NCBI GenBank assembly: GCA_032718475.1
Contig: JAUCBJ010002835.1
Span: forward strand, 1 to 64,000
Source of the DNA: Nemertoderma westbladi
Lineage: Eukaryota; Animalia; Xenacoelomorpha
DNA length: 64,000 nucleotides
Direction: 5' to 3'
The first letter of the stretch is position 1, and each line of letters begins with the position of its first letter. Shown here one piece after another: positions 10,795 through 21,883 of this stretch. Both the position numbers and the translations under genes were made by a program. The notes beneath the pieces are model-generated. The model did not search any database. It was not told the origin of the DNA and saw only the letters and a program-made list of their open reading frames with translations.

Positions 10795-13700
10795 CCACTA
10801 TCAACGCACAACTCTGTGACAAAGCTGTCTGCTTTCTAATAGATACAGGTGCCTCAGTGAGCGTGTTGCCACTTAGCTTTGCTACAAACTCGATAATCGA
10901 ACCAAACACCGATATCCTCTACACAGCTGACGGACGTAAAATAAAAACTGTTGGTTGCATCACTCTACCCATTTCACTCAAGAGCATTCGCCGCCAATTT
11001 TCCCATAAGTTCATTATTGCTGAAGTTACCCAAGCTATTTTAGGCGCAGATTTCCTCTCCGAACACGAGTTGTTGGTGGATTGTAAAGCTTCAATATTGC
11101 GCGATACTTATACCGGACTCGTTGCATCCTTATCAACTCATACCTCTGATTCGCTGGATCCTTTATTATCGCTGCAGACGCAGTCATCCTACAAGTTTCC
11201 AGACCCCATCGCTGATTGTCTTCACCCATTTTCCTATCTATTCGACCCGCCAGATTATTTGAAGACTCCACCCTCATCAACTGAGTTCGCAATCGAGACA
11301 GATGGTCCTCCGATTCACTCCAAACCTAGAAGATTAGCCCCTGATAAACTCGCCACTGCGAAGCATTATTTCGAGGAACTGTTGACTCTAGGGATTGTCC
11401 GCCCCTCATCTTCTGAGTGGTCGTCACCCCTCCACATGGTGACAAAGAAAGCCGCCCTTGTGGCGATTATCGCCGTCTAAATTTTGTCACTAAAAAAGAC
11501 AATTATCCTACACCCGACGCCCGCGACGCCAACGCCTTTCTCCATGGTTGCACCGTCTTCACGAAAGTCGATCTCGTCAAGGCATACCATGCCATCCCTG
11601 TGCGAGAAAAAGATATTCCAAAGACCGCCATTACAACGCCCTTTGGCTTGTTCGAATATGTTCGCATGTCTTTCGGTTTGAAAAATGCTGGACCTCATTT
11701 TAACAGGCAGGTTCACAAGGCCCTGAGAGGTTTAGACCCCGGAACATTCCCCTATTATGATGATATTATTGTGGGCTCTGCCACTATGGCTGAACACAGT
11801 AAACACCTCCACGACCTATTCACTCGTTTAGCTGCTCATTCGCTTCACCTTAATTTTTCGAAGTGCGTTTTCGCCGTCCCAGAACTAGATTTTCTCGGAT
11901 TTAGAATTACAGCAGACGGTGTTTCACCATCACCCTCAAAAGTCGATGAACTAACGGCCCTTCCGACTCCTACTTCTTATAAAGAACTTCGAAGTCGGAT
12001 GGGTGCGATAAACTTTTATCATAGTTTCATTCCTCGAGCCGCCGAAGTCCTTCATCCACTTCAGGAGCTTTTAACCAATACACAACCTAAGGGAGGTATT
12101 TATCCTCTATTCCTTTCGCTGGCCGAGCACCAGTTAGCCTACGAGGAGATAATCAAACTGTTACAAGATAGCGTGATTTTAGTTCACCCACCTCCTGATA
12201 CATCCGAACTTTCATTGACAACTGACGCATCTCAAATTGCTATTGGTGCCGTATTAGAAGCAAACGGCAGACCACTCGCTTTCTTCTCGCGCCGCCTTAG
12301 CGCTTTGGATTCTAAACGCTCCGCTTTCGAACGGGAGTTGCTCGCCTTATCAAGTGCTGTCATGCATTTTCGACCCCTCATCGAGTCGATTAAAACTGTT
12401 GCCTATACCGATCACAAACCGCTCCTTTCTGCAGTTAAGAAAACTTCCGACCCAGTATCCCATTGGCAGAGCAGTCGTCTCGCTACCATTACGGAGTATC
12501 TAGATGAGCTCCGTTACATTCCTGGCTCATCCAACATCGTTGCGGACTCTTTATCGCGGCCCGAAATCCCAAACACACCGCCTCGAAACTCAAACAAATC
12601 TACTGTCTACAGTATCACCATTGATGCCTGTGATTTGCCCGCCATCGCCTCCGCACAAGCTAATGATGAACTTCCAGATAATTTAACGGATTATCCTTTC
12701 GGTGATGTTAACTTGGCATGTGATACTAATTCTTCACGGCCCTGACCCTATATTCCACCCCAACTTCGACATGCTATTTTCGATCAAGTACATCAATTAT
12801 CTCATCCTGGTCGAAATGCGTCTCAACGTTTAGTGTTATCCCAATTCTTTTGGCCTCATGCCAAAACTGATATTAAAGAATGGGTTCGCCAATGTGACAT
12901 TTGCCAACAATCAAAAATTGTTCGCCATATTCACCCACCGAAGCAACCCATGCCAATTGTATCCGAGCGATTCGATATAGTCCACATAGATATTGTTGGC
13001 CCTTTACCCGCAGTAAATGGTTTTACTCACCTAGTTACAGCTATTGACCGATTTTCTAGTTGGCCGATGGCTATTCCGGTTCACAATACCGTGACAACCA
13101 CTGTGGCCCACGCCTTCATTGATGGCTGGATTGCAAACTTTGGAATTCCTCTCCATCTTATTTCTGATCGTGGTTCGCAATTCGAGTCAAAACTGTTTCA
13201 AGCCATTTCTAGAATACTTGGATATACAAGACTCAGAACGACCGCGTACCACCCTCAAACAAACGGAATGGTTGAGAGATTACACCGCAGAATGAAAGAA
13301 GCCATCGTTGCTAGTGGAACAGATTGGTTAAGTTCGATTACCCCGATTTTATGGGCTCTTCGTAACACCCCTTCGGAAACCAAACTCACTCCATTCACAC
13401 TTGTAACAGGAGAGATGCCTCGCTATCCTTACAAACTTCTCACTGCTTCAAAAACTGATTTACCTACATTGGTTGATAATCTTCGCACCTTATTCGACCC
13501 TGCTAGCCATATTTATCAGCAACCTCAACCAATCGATCGCATTCCATTTCGGACTAGCCTGCCTCCAGGCACGCAGCAAGTATGGTTACGTATCGATCGG
13601 ATTCGACGATCTTTAGAAGCCCCCTACACAGGACCCTACCCTGTTATAAAAGATTGTGGGGCTACCGTCATAATTGAGAAGAAGGGGCGCCATGACACTG

Positions 13701-13921
13701 TCAGTGTTTCTCGTCTCAAACCTTTCGTCCCACAGACGGTATTGCCTCAACCTTATATCGAGTTGCCTCGCCGGACTAGACTTCCGAGCGTCTCTCAATC
13801 AGCTCCACCTGTCGCACCTCCCACTCGGCCTTCTTCTTTGAGGCCACCAAACGCATCTTCAAAAACCCGTGCCGGGCGCGTTACCATTTCAACAAAGAAG
13901 AACATTTATCACTATTATTAA
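10737..13921 (+). pseudogene. pol: Gypsy pol (protease, RT, RNase H, integrase) with two lesions
   Basis: DTGAS; RPCGDYRRLN, FGLKNA, YYDD; TTDAS; HHCC, DDE and GPY integrase motifs. Frameshifting deletion at ~11450 (residues between KK and RPCGDY lost) and in-frame TGA at 12743-12745. Confidence 0.92.
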
Positions 13922-14016
13922 ACATGAACTAATCATTTGATTGTTATTATTTTATTTTAATACTCTTTTTAAGTTGTATTATTTTCTTCGATGCTCCGCC
14001 ACTTATGGGGGGGCTG

Positions 14017-14260
14017 TGTGGTGGTCCCTAACGTGCTAAGACCACTGCTTCAGTTTTTACTGTATGCTGTTAAAATTCTATATACTGTACAAATACTGCT
14101 ATATTGTAAAAGGCGGGAAATTCAAACAACAGCTGTACCGTTACTTTTGTTCATTGTGTCTGACTTATCTGTTTATATAGAATAAAGGTTTTCGCATTCA
14201 GATTATTCAGTTCAGCATTCACACTGTCGAATCCTAACCCTCAGGTACTGATCCATTACA
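14017..14260 (+). repeat. 3' LTR (244 bp)
   Basis: Direct repeat of 9516-9764, preceded by the PPT. Confidence 0.95.
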
Positions 14261-14445
14261 CAATCATGTAATTAGTCTGTTAGTTGTAATCTTTGGCGTT
14301 CTACCTGATGTTACTGGCTAAACACAAAAACGTGTGTGCTCTGTGGAATGCAACACACATACCACTGCATACTGACTGGTGCAGCTTGGCAATTTTAGAG
14401 AGAGGGCTGTTGCGCTGTCAGTCAGAGAGGTAACACCGCGCCCAT

Positions 14446-14880
14446 CTACCTCCAGTCCCTTGTAACTTTTAGCTACCTCTCCGATCGTTCACGGTCCTCC
14501 ATAGCGCACGCCACCATTCCTCGGAAAAAAACTAAAACTGCCACGCACGCCTTCTCCTACTTAGGACCCTTCCTGTGGAATAAACTCCCGAACGAAATAA
14601 AACAATTAACCACAGTAGAATCCTTTAAACACAAAGTAAAGACCCACTTACTTAGCCTTTTATCCTCCCGAGAACAATGCATCTATTCTTTTTAACCATC
14701 CCTACAAAAACTCTCATTCTTTTTTTTTTAATCGTATCGTAACCGTGTTCTGTATTTTTTTTTATTTTTTATTTATTTTTTATTAAGTTTCAATAATGAT
14801 TTTATAGCCAGATCGATTCACTGCATAGCCAGGGGACCCCCATGGAAACGAGACTATGTCTCATGAGGTTATCCCCGACA
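14446..14880 (+). mobile_element. 3' fragment of an L2/CR1-group LINE
   Basis: AFSYLGPFLWNKLPNEIK...SFKHKVKTHLL C-terminus, T-rich 3' UTR, stem-loop at ~14830-14877. Confidence 0.75.
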
Positions 14881-15249
14881 TCATTATCTTTTGCTCTGTA
14901 CCGTTAACCGTTATCATTCCGCGCCCGTATGTATGCTCCCTGTGCGCCTTCCTGTGCTTCCTATGCGCCTGTATGTTCCCCTTTTTTTAATATTTGTAAT
15001 TATATCCACATCTACATCATCATGATTCTTTTTAGTGTGCACTCCCATAAAAACTTATTTGTTCAAACCAAACCGTTTCTCATCTATTGTTTTTAGTATA
15101 CAATACCATAATTTTAAAGTCCTACAGCTACACCTTACCGTAATCTAATATCCCAAACGAAAAGCGAATATTTTACACTGTAGGCCTACTGTAATTAATT
15201 ATAAATAATGAATAAATTTGTAAATACTTGTTTCAGTTTCGATTGTACT

Positions 15250-15843
15250 GTGGGGCGAGACACGTAGTCGGCGAGCCTTGGCATACGGTTCATATAGGGC
15301 AAATGGGGCATGTCCGTCTGTCTGTCTGGTAAATGTTTGAACGCGAATTTCTCTGCATCGCTGGTTCGGAATTGAACCAAACTTAGTAGGTAAGTAGTAG
15401 AGAGAAAGTTTAGAAAGTTTGTAAAGTTTGGTGAAAAATCATGCAGTCTGACGTCAGCTACGACAGATTATGTGGTTTTTAGAAAATGTTAAATTTCTCG
15501 GGAAGGCCTCATTTTCCTGAGCTGAAGTTTTGGTGGCTTGTAGAGAATCATAAAGTCTATCTTTTACGAAATTGAAAAGTTAAGACATTTAATTGGGGAT
15601 CCGCTAGAGACTCAGAAGTAATGACATAGGCCTACCGGTACTGTACTGCTGTACAGTGCTGCACTGGTAAGTACGAAATTGCAGAATAACAATTTGACAC
15701 CACCTAGCGGATTAACATATGATTGTATATCGAATGAATACATTTATAGCATGGGATATTGGGTCCAAACTAGACATGCCCCATTTGCTCTATATGAACC
15801 GTATGCCAAGGCTTGCCGACTACGTGCTGCGCGAAGTCCCAAC
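15250..15843 (+). mobile_element. HINE/DINE-1-like non-autonomous element
   Basis: ~54-bp subterminal inverted repeats (15261-15314 / 15773-15826), GTCT microsatellite, and a cgcgaagtccc end shared with 32091-32493. Confidence 0.65.
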
Positions 15844-16549
15844 GAACGTGTTGTGTGTAACGTTTAACGTATTGCCTATGTTTTTAATATTTTTACTGTA
15901 TTTTGATGTCAATAAACAATTCCAATTCCAATTCCAACAGCCCGTGGGGTAAGGAATTACCTCTGGGACCTGTATTAGGCAAAATAGCAGTAGCTGTGTA
16001 GGCCCACCAGTACTGTGCACGGTGCAAGACCCGAAATTTAGCCTACATCTGTAAATAATACACGGTTTCGCGGTGCAAGACCATATAAATTAGACCACCA
16101 TCTGTAAAATGCTCGCCTGAGTTCAGGAGTTGCACAGATGTCAGGATGTGCTGATTCTATATCATCCACTAACGGATTCTGGTACCGTAGCCTGGAACTA
16201 GACCACTACAAAAACTGTTGCGACAGTGCGAGGTGCCGTTATCGGGGTTAGCCTAACATTTCTCGGAGGCTGGTCCGATAACACTCCACGCATTGTTTGG
16301 TCGGACATTGACATTATTGCTTTACAGTGTACATTATTACATACTGATTAGTATGGATTGAGAAATTGGATATATTTGGACGTCAATGGATGGTTAGGTT
16401 TGGTTTGAGAAACTAATATCACGTACCTACCTAATCATATCTTTGCGATAACTATTACTAGATCCACTGGCCCCCAGCCACCTTCAACAGGAACAGACCA
16501 TCATTGCCGGGGGGCACTCAGCTGAGGGGGCGGAGCGCATTAAAAATCT

Positions 16550-16730
16550 TTTCACCCCGGGGCCTTTGAGACCTTTGGCTGCCCCGGTCTAGAGACATCC
16601 ACCTTCCTCCGGGAGATCGGGGCTCGTCTCCACAGTGCCACCCACGAACCGCGGTCACACCAATTTCTGCTCCAGCGCCTGGAGATGGCAATTTTGGTTG
16701 GTAATGCAGCCTCAGTCATGGGGACAGCAA
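16550..16730 (+). pseudogene. C-terminal fragment of a CRE-like (restriction-like endonuclease) non-LTR retrotransposon
   Basis: FETFG...FLREIGARL...FLLQRLEMAILVGNAASVMGT. Confidence 0.65.
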
Positions 16731-18763
16731 CCACAGAACCACGCCGACCATCGGTCTATTCGGGGACTGAAAAGCCGAAACCAATCGAAACTGTCGAAAT
16801 GGTTGCCAATGGAGTCACCAACGGGATGGCGGCCGAAGATATTCAATATTCAATACTCTATCTCTGTATCTTATGCAATCTCAAATATTTAATTCGGTAC
16901 TGTACCTTCAATTCAATATTCAATCTTAGTATTATTTCTGTGCTTCGTTATTTAATAATGTGATTAGATAACAAAATAAATTAATGAAATATAATTCATC
17001 TGTTAATTATTACAAAAATATATCCAAAATTATATTAACATTTATATAGTTTTGAATTAAATGTTTCGAAATCAACAGTCATTCAATGAACTTATAGGCC
17101 TACAGCTTATCATATATCGCGTATCCCTTGGTTTAATCACTATTCTTCATTCAAGCAGTCAAGTATAACTGAATCCTGGCCCGCCGCCTTCACCCTCCAC
17201 TGATAATTTAAAATCGTAACTCATTCAATCTTTGACTAAATTATACCAAACTTGGTAAACATGAAAACATGTAATCTTTGTCTATCGCCTAAAATAAACA
17301 CAACTTGCTAAAAATTTCCCCTATGTTTTTTCCTATAGAACAGGATGCAATTTTATTTTTAATAGTAAATAAGCTGCTTTTGCGTCGATTTTCACCTGGA
17401 GAGGGAAGAATATAGAAATATAAGGCAGATTATCCTAAAGTTAGCTCTTTAGTCTTTAACAATCTTATACATTGACAAGACTTATAAAGTAAGTGATGTT
17501 GAATAATTATTATTAAGATTAAAATATATTATTAGGAATTCGAAGAAAGCAAATTGTATTGAGTTAGTAGTATTGGCAAGTTAATCTCACATACCAGTCA
17601 AGTCTAACTTTAGAGTAGCCTTGTTCGCATTGTTCCAGGTTTAGGCCTATAGATTCCACCGTCTTCGTTCCAGGTTTAATACTGTAATATACTCCGTTAT
17701 CCGTCTCGATCGCTTCGCTATGCACCATCTTACTGGGCTTAATAAACTCCATCGCCTTCCTGTCGTTCTCTGTTTTGTAGATTACTTCGCCATCGTCTGA
17801 TCGATTTGGTTGCGTGTTTAATACTGTAATAGACTTCGTCGCCATCGTATCGTTCTGGATACATTGAATAGACTCCATTGTCCATCGCGATCGTTTCATT
17901 GTTTATTGTTTACGTTTAATTGACACCGTCGCCTCCTCTGATTAGGAATCCGGCCGGGTTTCGTAGATTCCGCCATCGTTCAGCAGTTCAGTGTTTTTAA
18001 TCAAAGCCATAATTCCGGCACCGGCACCACGATTAACGATTTCGGAAGTAACAGACAGACAGATTCCGTCAACATCACTCGGGGTTTAAAAAATACAACT
18101 ATCTCGCAACTTGTAACTCAGTAACTGGGCGATCATCTATCTGATAGTTGAAAAAGACTGTCTGACAGTTGGTATCAGACTATCTGATAGTTAGCGCCCC
18201 ATGGGTAAATCCTTACCCCATGGGGTGTTACCTCTCTGACTGACAGCGCAACAGCCCCTATAGCAATTTTAGGCCTCTAGCCTCTGTCCTCGTGCTCGTT
18301 GCCAGTCAACAACTAATCTGCTAATAGCAGCCGCCATCTTGCATAATCCGGCCACAGTAAACAAAGAAAATCAGAATTTGGAAAGTGAAAAGTACCTTCC
18401 ATTGGCTTATGAGTTCACCAATGAATAAAACACATAGTAGAAGTAGAGGCCAGAGCTTTGGCGGCAATTCAAACCAGCCTAGCCTTGACTGCTTGAAGGA
18501 CACAAAAGCTTTTACACAAACTGACAAAATGAGAATGATATATTGCAATACGAGTCAGAATAATAATGTCAACTTTAGTGTAAGTCCACCAATCAGAATC
18601 AATATGTTGATTGAAGAGTTTAATAATATCCAACGGATATGTACAGTATAGTATAGTAAAACAGCACAATATTTTTTAAATAAATAAATATAAGTAAACA
18701 GACCTATAATCAATTATTAAAATATTAAATAAATAAATGGATATACGGGTCCAACTTGAGTGC

Positions 18764-19045
18764 CTGCAGATGGAACGCCAGGTGCAAGTCGGATCCACGT
18801 GAGGGGACACTTGGCTGCAGATGGAACGCCAGGTGCAGGTCGGATCCACGCGAGGGGACCCTGGCTGCAGATTGAACGCCAGGTGCAGGTCGGATCCACG
18901 CGAGGGGGCACTGGCTGCAGATTGAACGCCAGGTGCAGGTCGGATCCACGCGAGGGGACACTGGCTGCAGATGGAACGCCAGGTGCAGGTCGGATCCATG
19001 CGAGGGGACACTGGCTGCAGATTGAACTCAGGGTGCAGGTCGGCC
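18764..19045. repeat. 50-bp GC-rich minisatellite, ~5.5 copies
   Basis: ctgcag recurs at 18815, 18865, 18915, 18965 and 19015. Confidence 0.95.
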
Positions 19046-19230
19046 ATGTACATGGGGAGGGGGGTCTTTGTTTTGTACATGAGCGTGGGGGGGGGGGGGG
19101 TTCTTTGTTTTGTACATGATGTACAAATAAACAAAGAACCCCCCCCCCCCCCATGTACAAAACAAAGACCCCCCCCCCCCCCCCCCCCCCATGTACAAAA
19201 CAAAGACCCCCCAGCCTACGGCTCCCCGCT

Positions 19231-20389
19231 GGTACGTACTAAAAGGTAGAACGATCTATAAAACGGGCTATAACATAACGATCTATAACGGGCTATAATT
19301 TTCTATAAACAAGCTATAACCACCTATAACGAGCTATAATATGAAAATTTACAATAAAAACACATATTTTAGCATGGATTTATTTTCCTAGTCAGTAAAT
19401 TAATTAAGAAATTTGGTTTTTTTAGTCCATACTGCTTTTCATCTTTTTGGTATCATGAAATCAGTCATTACTTCATTAGTCAGCATATATATTCATTAGT
19501 CAGGTACCCCCCCCCCCCCCCCCCCCCAGTGCTGTAGTATTCTTTGGGATAGTAGTACTAAATTCATAGTCTAGTCCCCGTCCCATGGTTTATTCGCGCA
19601 ACAACGTAAGGCTGATAACTGGTTTGCTTGTCGTTCTCCTCCGATCCGGGTTTCTCCCGACTCGTCACCGCACTATAAGAACATCTCGAATATAACCAAC
19701 AAATGTTGAAATTTTACCGGTGGAGATGTGACGGCGTGGTTCCGGCTCTGGGGGGGGGGGGGGGGGGGGATGCCGGGAAAATCTGCAATAAGATCTATAG
19801 AGCAGTAGAGCCTCTATCAATCAGTCTACTGGTCTATAGAGCCTACACCCTGTTACCGCTCTACGGAGTTAACTCGTCAAATTCCAGACACCAGGCAATT
19901 CCGGTGTTCTAGGCGAATCTACACACCCCACACCACACCACCCCCCCCCCCCCCCCCCCCATATGATATATTCTGTTATTGTTACTGTGAGAGTATTAGC
20001 CTGACACGGAACGATGGAAGCGGTAAGCAGTAGGCCTAAGTAGTAGTGCAGTACGTCGATATGCTGATATAGGCATTGTGTTGTAGTCGATATAGAATAA
20101 GCGAGCAATATAGGCCAATAAAAAAACGAACCAGTACTAACTACAGTAGGCCTATCAATTAGGCATAGGCCTACCCTAATTTTTAACCTGCGGTATTTTT
20201 CACACCGCAGTGCTAATCCAAAAGTTAAACACACCCTATGGACATTTTTTTAATGTAAATTTTCATATTATAGCTCGTTATAGGTGGTTATAGCTTGTTT
20301 ATAGGAATTTATAGCCCGTTATAGATCGTTATAGCCCGTTATAGATCGTTATAGCCCGTTATAGATCGTTCTACCTTTTAGTACGTACC
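19231..20389. mobile_element. Mutator-like (MULE) non-autonomous element
   Basis: 30-bp TIR ggtacgtactaaaaggtagaacgatctata, subterminal gttatagcccgttatagatc repeats, 9-bp TSD ctccccgct. Confidence 0.9.
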
Positions 20390-20698
20390 CTCCCCGCTAC
20401 ATATACTGACGGCCTACATACTGTCTGACACCTACTGTACAACTCTACTGCCTGAATGCGTACTGCCACTGCATGTACTGATTTACAGAATCAGCCTGTA
20501 TAGGACTACTACGTACTACTGTAGGTGTAGGCCTACTGCATACTGTACTTCTGTACTGGTTTTATTATTTCCTTTGTCAGTTTGTGTCCTTCCTGTACAA
20601 GTACACTCATTTTCCAAATGCTTGAACTATAAACATAAAAGAAAGGTAAAGAACCGAGAGATTCAAGACCAAAAATCGAGACTAATTCAAAGGGACAA

Positions 20699-20841
20699 AC
20701 TTTTTTCATACGGCGGGAACGAATGGAACCGTTTCTTTAAGAATATAATTAGTATATATTACCGGTGCCGGTAGTACAGTAGTAAGAATATAATTTTCTT
20801 TAGAGAAACGTTTCCGTTCGTTCCCTTCATATGTAAAAAGT
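20699..20841. mobile_element. Small foldback MITE
   Basis: Imperfect ~45-bp arms (gggaacgaatggaaccgtttc / gaaacgtttccgttcgttccc). Confidence 0.6.
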
Positions 20842-21883
20842 TCATCAAGTAAAAAGTTATAAAATTTGTTTTTTTAGTAATTAGTTTTAGTTGACTGGTT
20901 GATTATTATTAGAGAATGTGTTGTTTCTCTTCTTATACTATATATTAAAATTTCTAAATGATTGTCTCTTAAAGGACAATTCCCACTGGATAAGAATGAG
21001 TCGTGTATAGTCAGTCACGACACTTGAGTATATCCAATGAAATATGAGTAGGCCTTTACTACAGTACTACTGTACTACAGCTTAATCTGTTAATACAGTA
21101 ATATTATCAGATTATAGGCCTAATGGAAAATCTTTCTTATTTTGTTTTGATTGGCGATACTCAGACTGTCTGACTGTACTCAAGATTCATGACTGCACGA
21201 CACATTTTGTTCAATGGCAATGATCCCTTTAGAACTGTAGAATGATAATCCCGGCGCTGCTTCTAAATTTTTCGCCATCCAGCGGCAAACAGATGAACGG
21301 AACAACTAGGTCTTTGTTTTGTACATGGGGGGGGGGGGGGGGTCTTTGTTTTGTACATATGCCCCCCCCCCCCCCCCCCCCCCATATGTCAGTATGTACA
21401 TCTGTACATGCAGACATGGGGGGGTCTTTGTTTTGTACAGGTCTTGGGTCTTTGGTCTCTCTTTTGTACTCTCTGACTCTACCCTAATACGTATAATGTA
21501 GTAATATCATCATTAATAAATGATTTACAAATAAATGCCAGAATGCCAAAGTGCCTTTTGGGAACTCTTAACAGCTTAAGGATTTATACTACTGTCAGAC
21601 TGTACTACAGCACCCCAAAAGCACTATCAGACTATGGCATTTTGGCATTTACGCTGGTTGCAATTGCAATTATTTCGGTACCTGGAAAATGCCAGAATGC
21701 CAAAGTAAAGTGCCTTTTGGGAACTATTCGTGTGTAGTGTAACTAACACGCAGACACGTTCTGCCTGTAACTGACAGCCTGACCAGCTAACTGCCTGCAG
21801 GCCTGATCTTCTGATAGCAGAATGTCTATTGAAATATGAAATTGTTAACTTCCCCATTTTCTGTGCGTTTTTAATTTATATAC

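Larger units (their letters stand above)
9516..14260 (+). mobile_element. Full-length Ty3/Gypsy LTR retrotransposon, pol disabled
   Basis: TG..CA LTRs at 9516-9764 and 14017-14260, PBS, polypurine tract at ~14005-14013, and gag-PR-RT-RH-IN order. Confidence 0.95.
14399..18262. mobile_element. TIR-bounded composite non-autonomous DNA element
   Basis: 34-bp inverted repeat gggctgttgcgctgtcagtcagagaggtaacacc near both ends; flanking direct repeat gcaattttag at 14389-14398 and 18263-18272. Confidence 0.75.

Noticed and set aside
11417-11480. Second programmed frameshift in pol
   Set aside because: Conserved RT residues are missing at the junction, so it is a deletion lesion.
17564-17899. 111-aa minus-strand ORF as a gene
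   Set aside because: Made of degenerate short repeats inside a TIR element; no domain recognised.
21840-21883. Trans-splice or 3' acceptor sites just before host ATGs
   Set aside because: No consistent pyrimidine tract plus AG before the five start codons; the sequence alone gives no support for operons.
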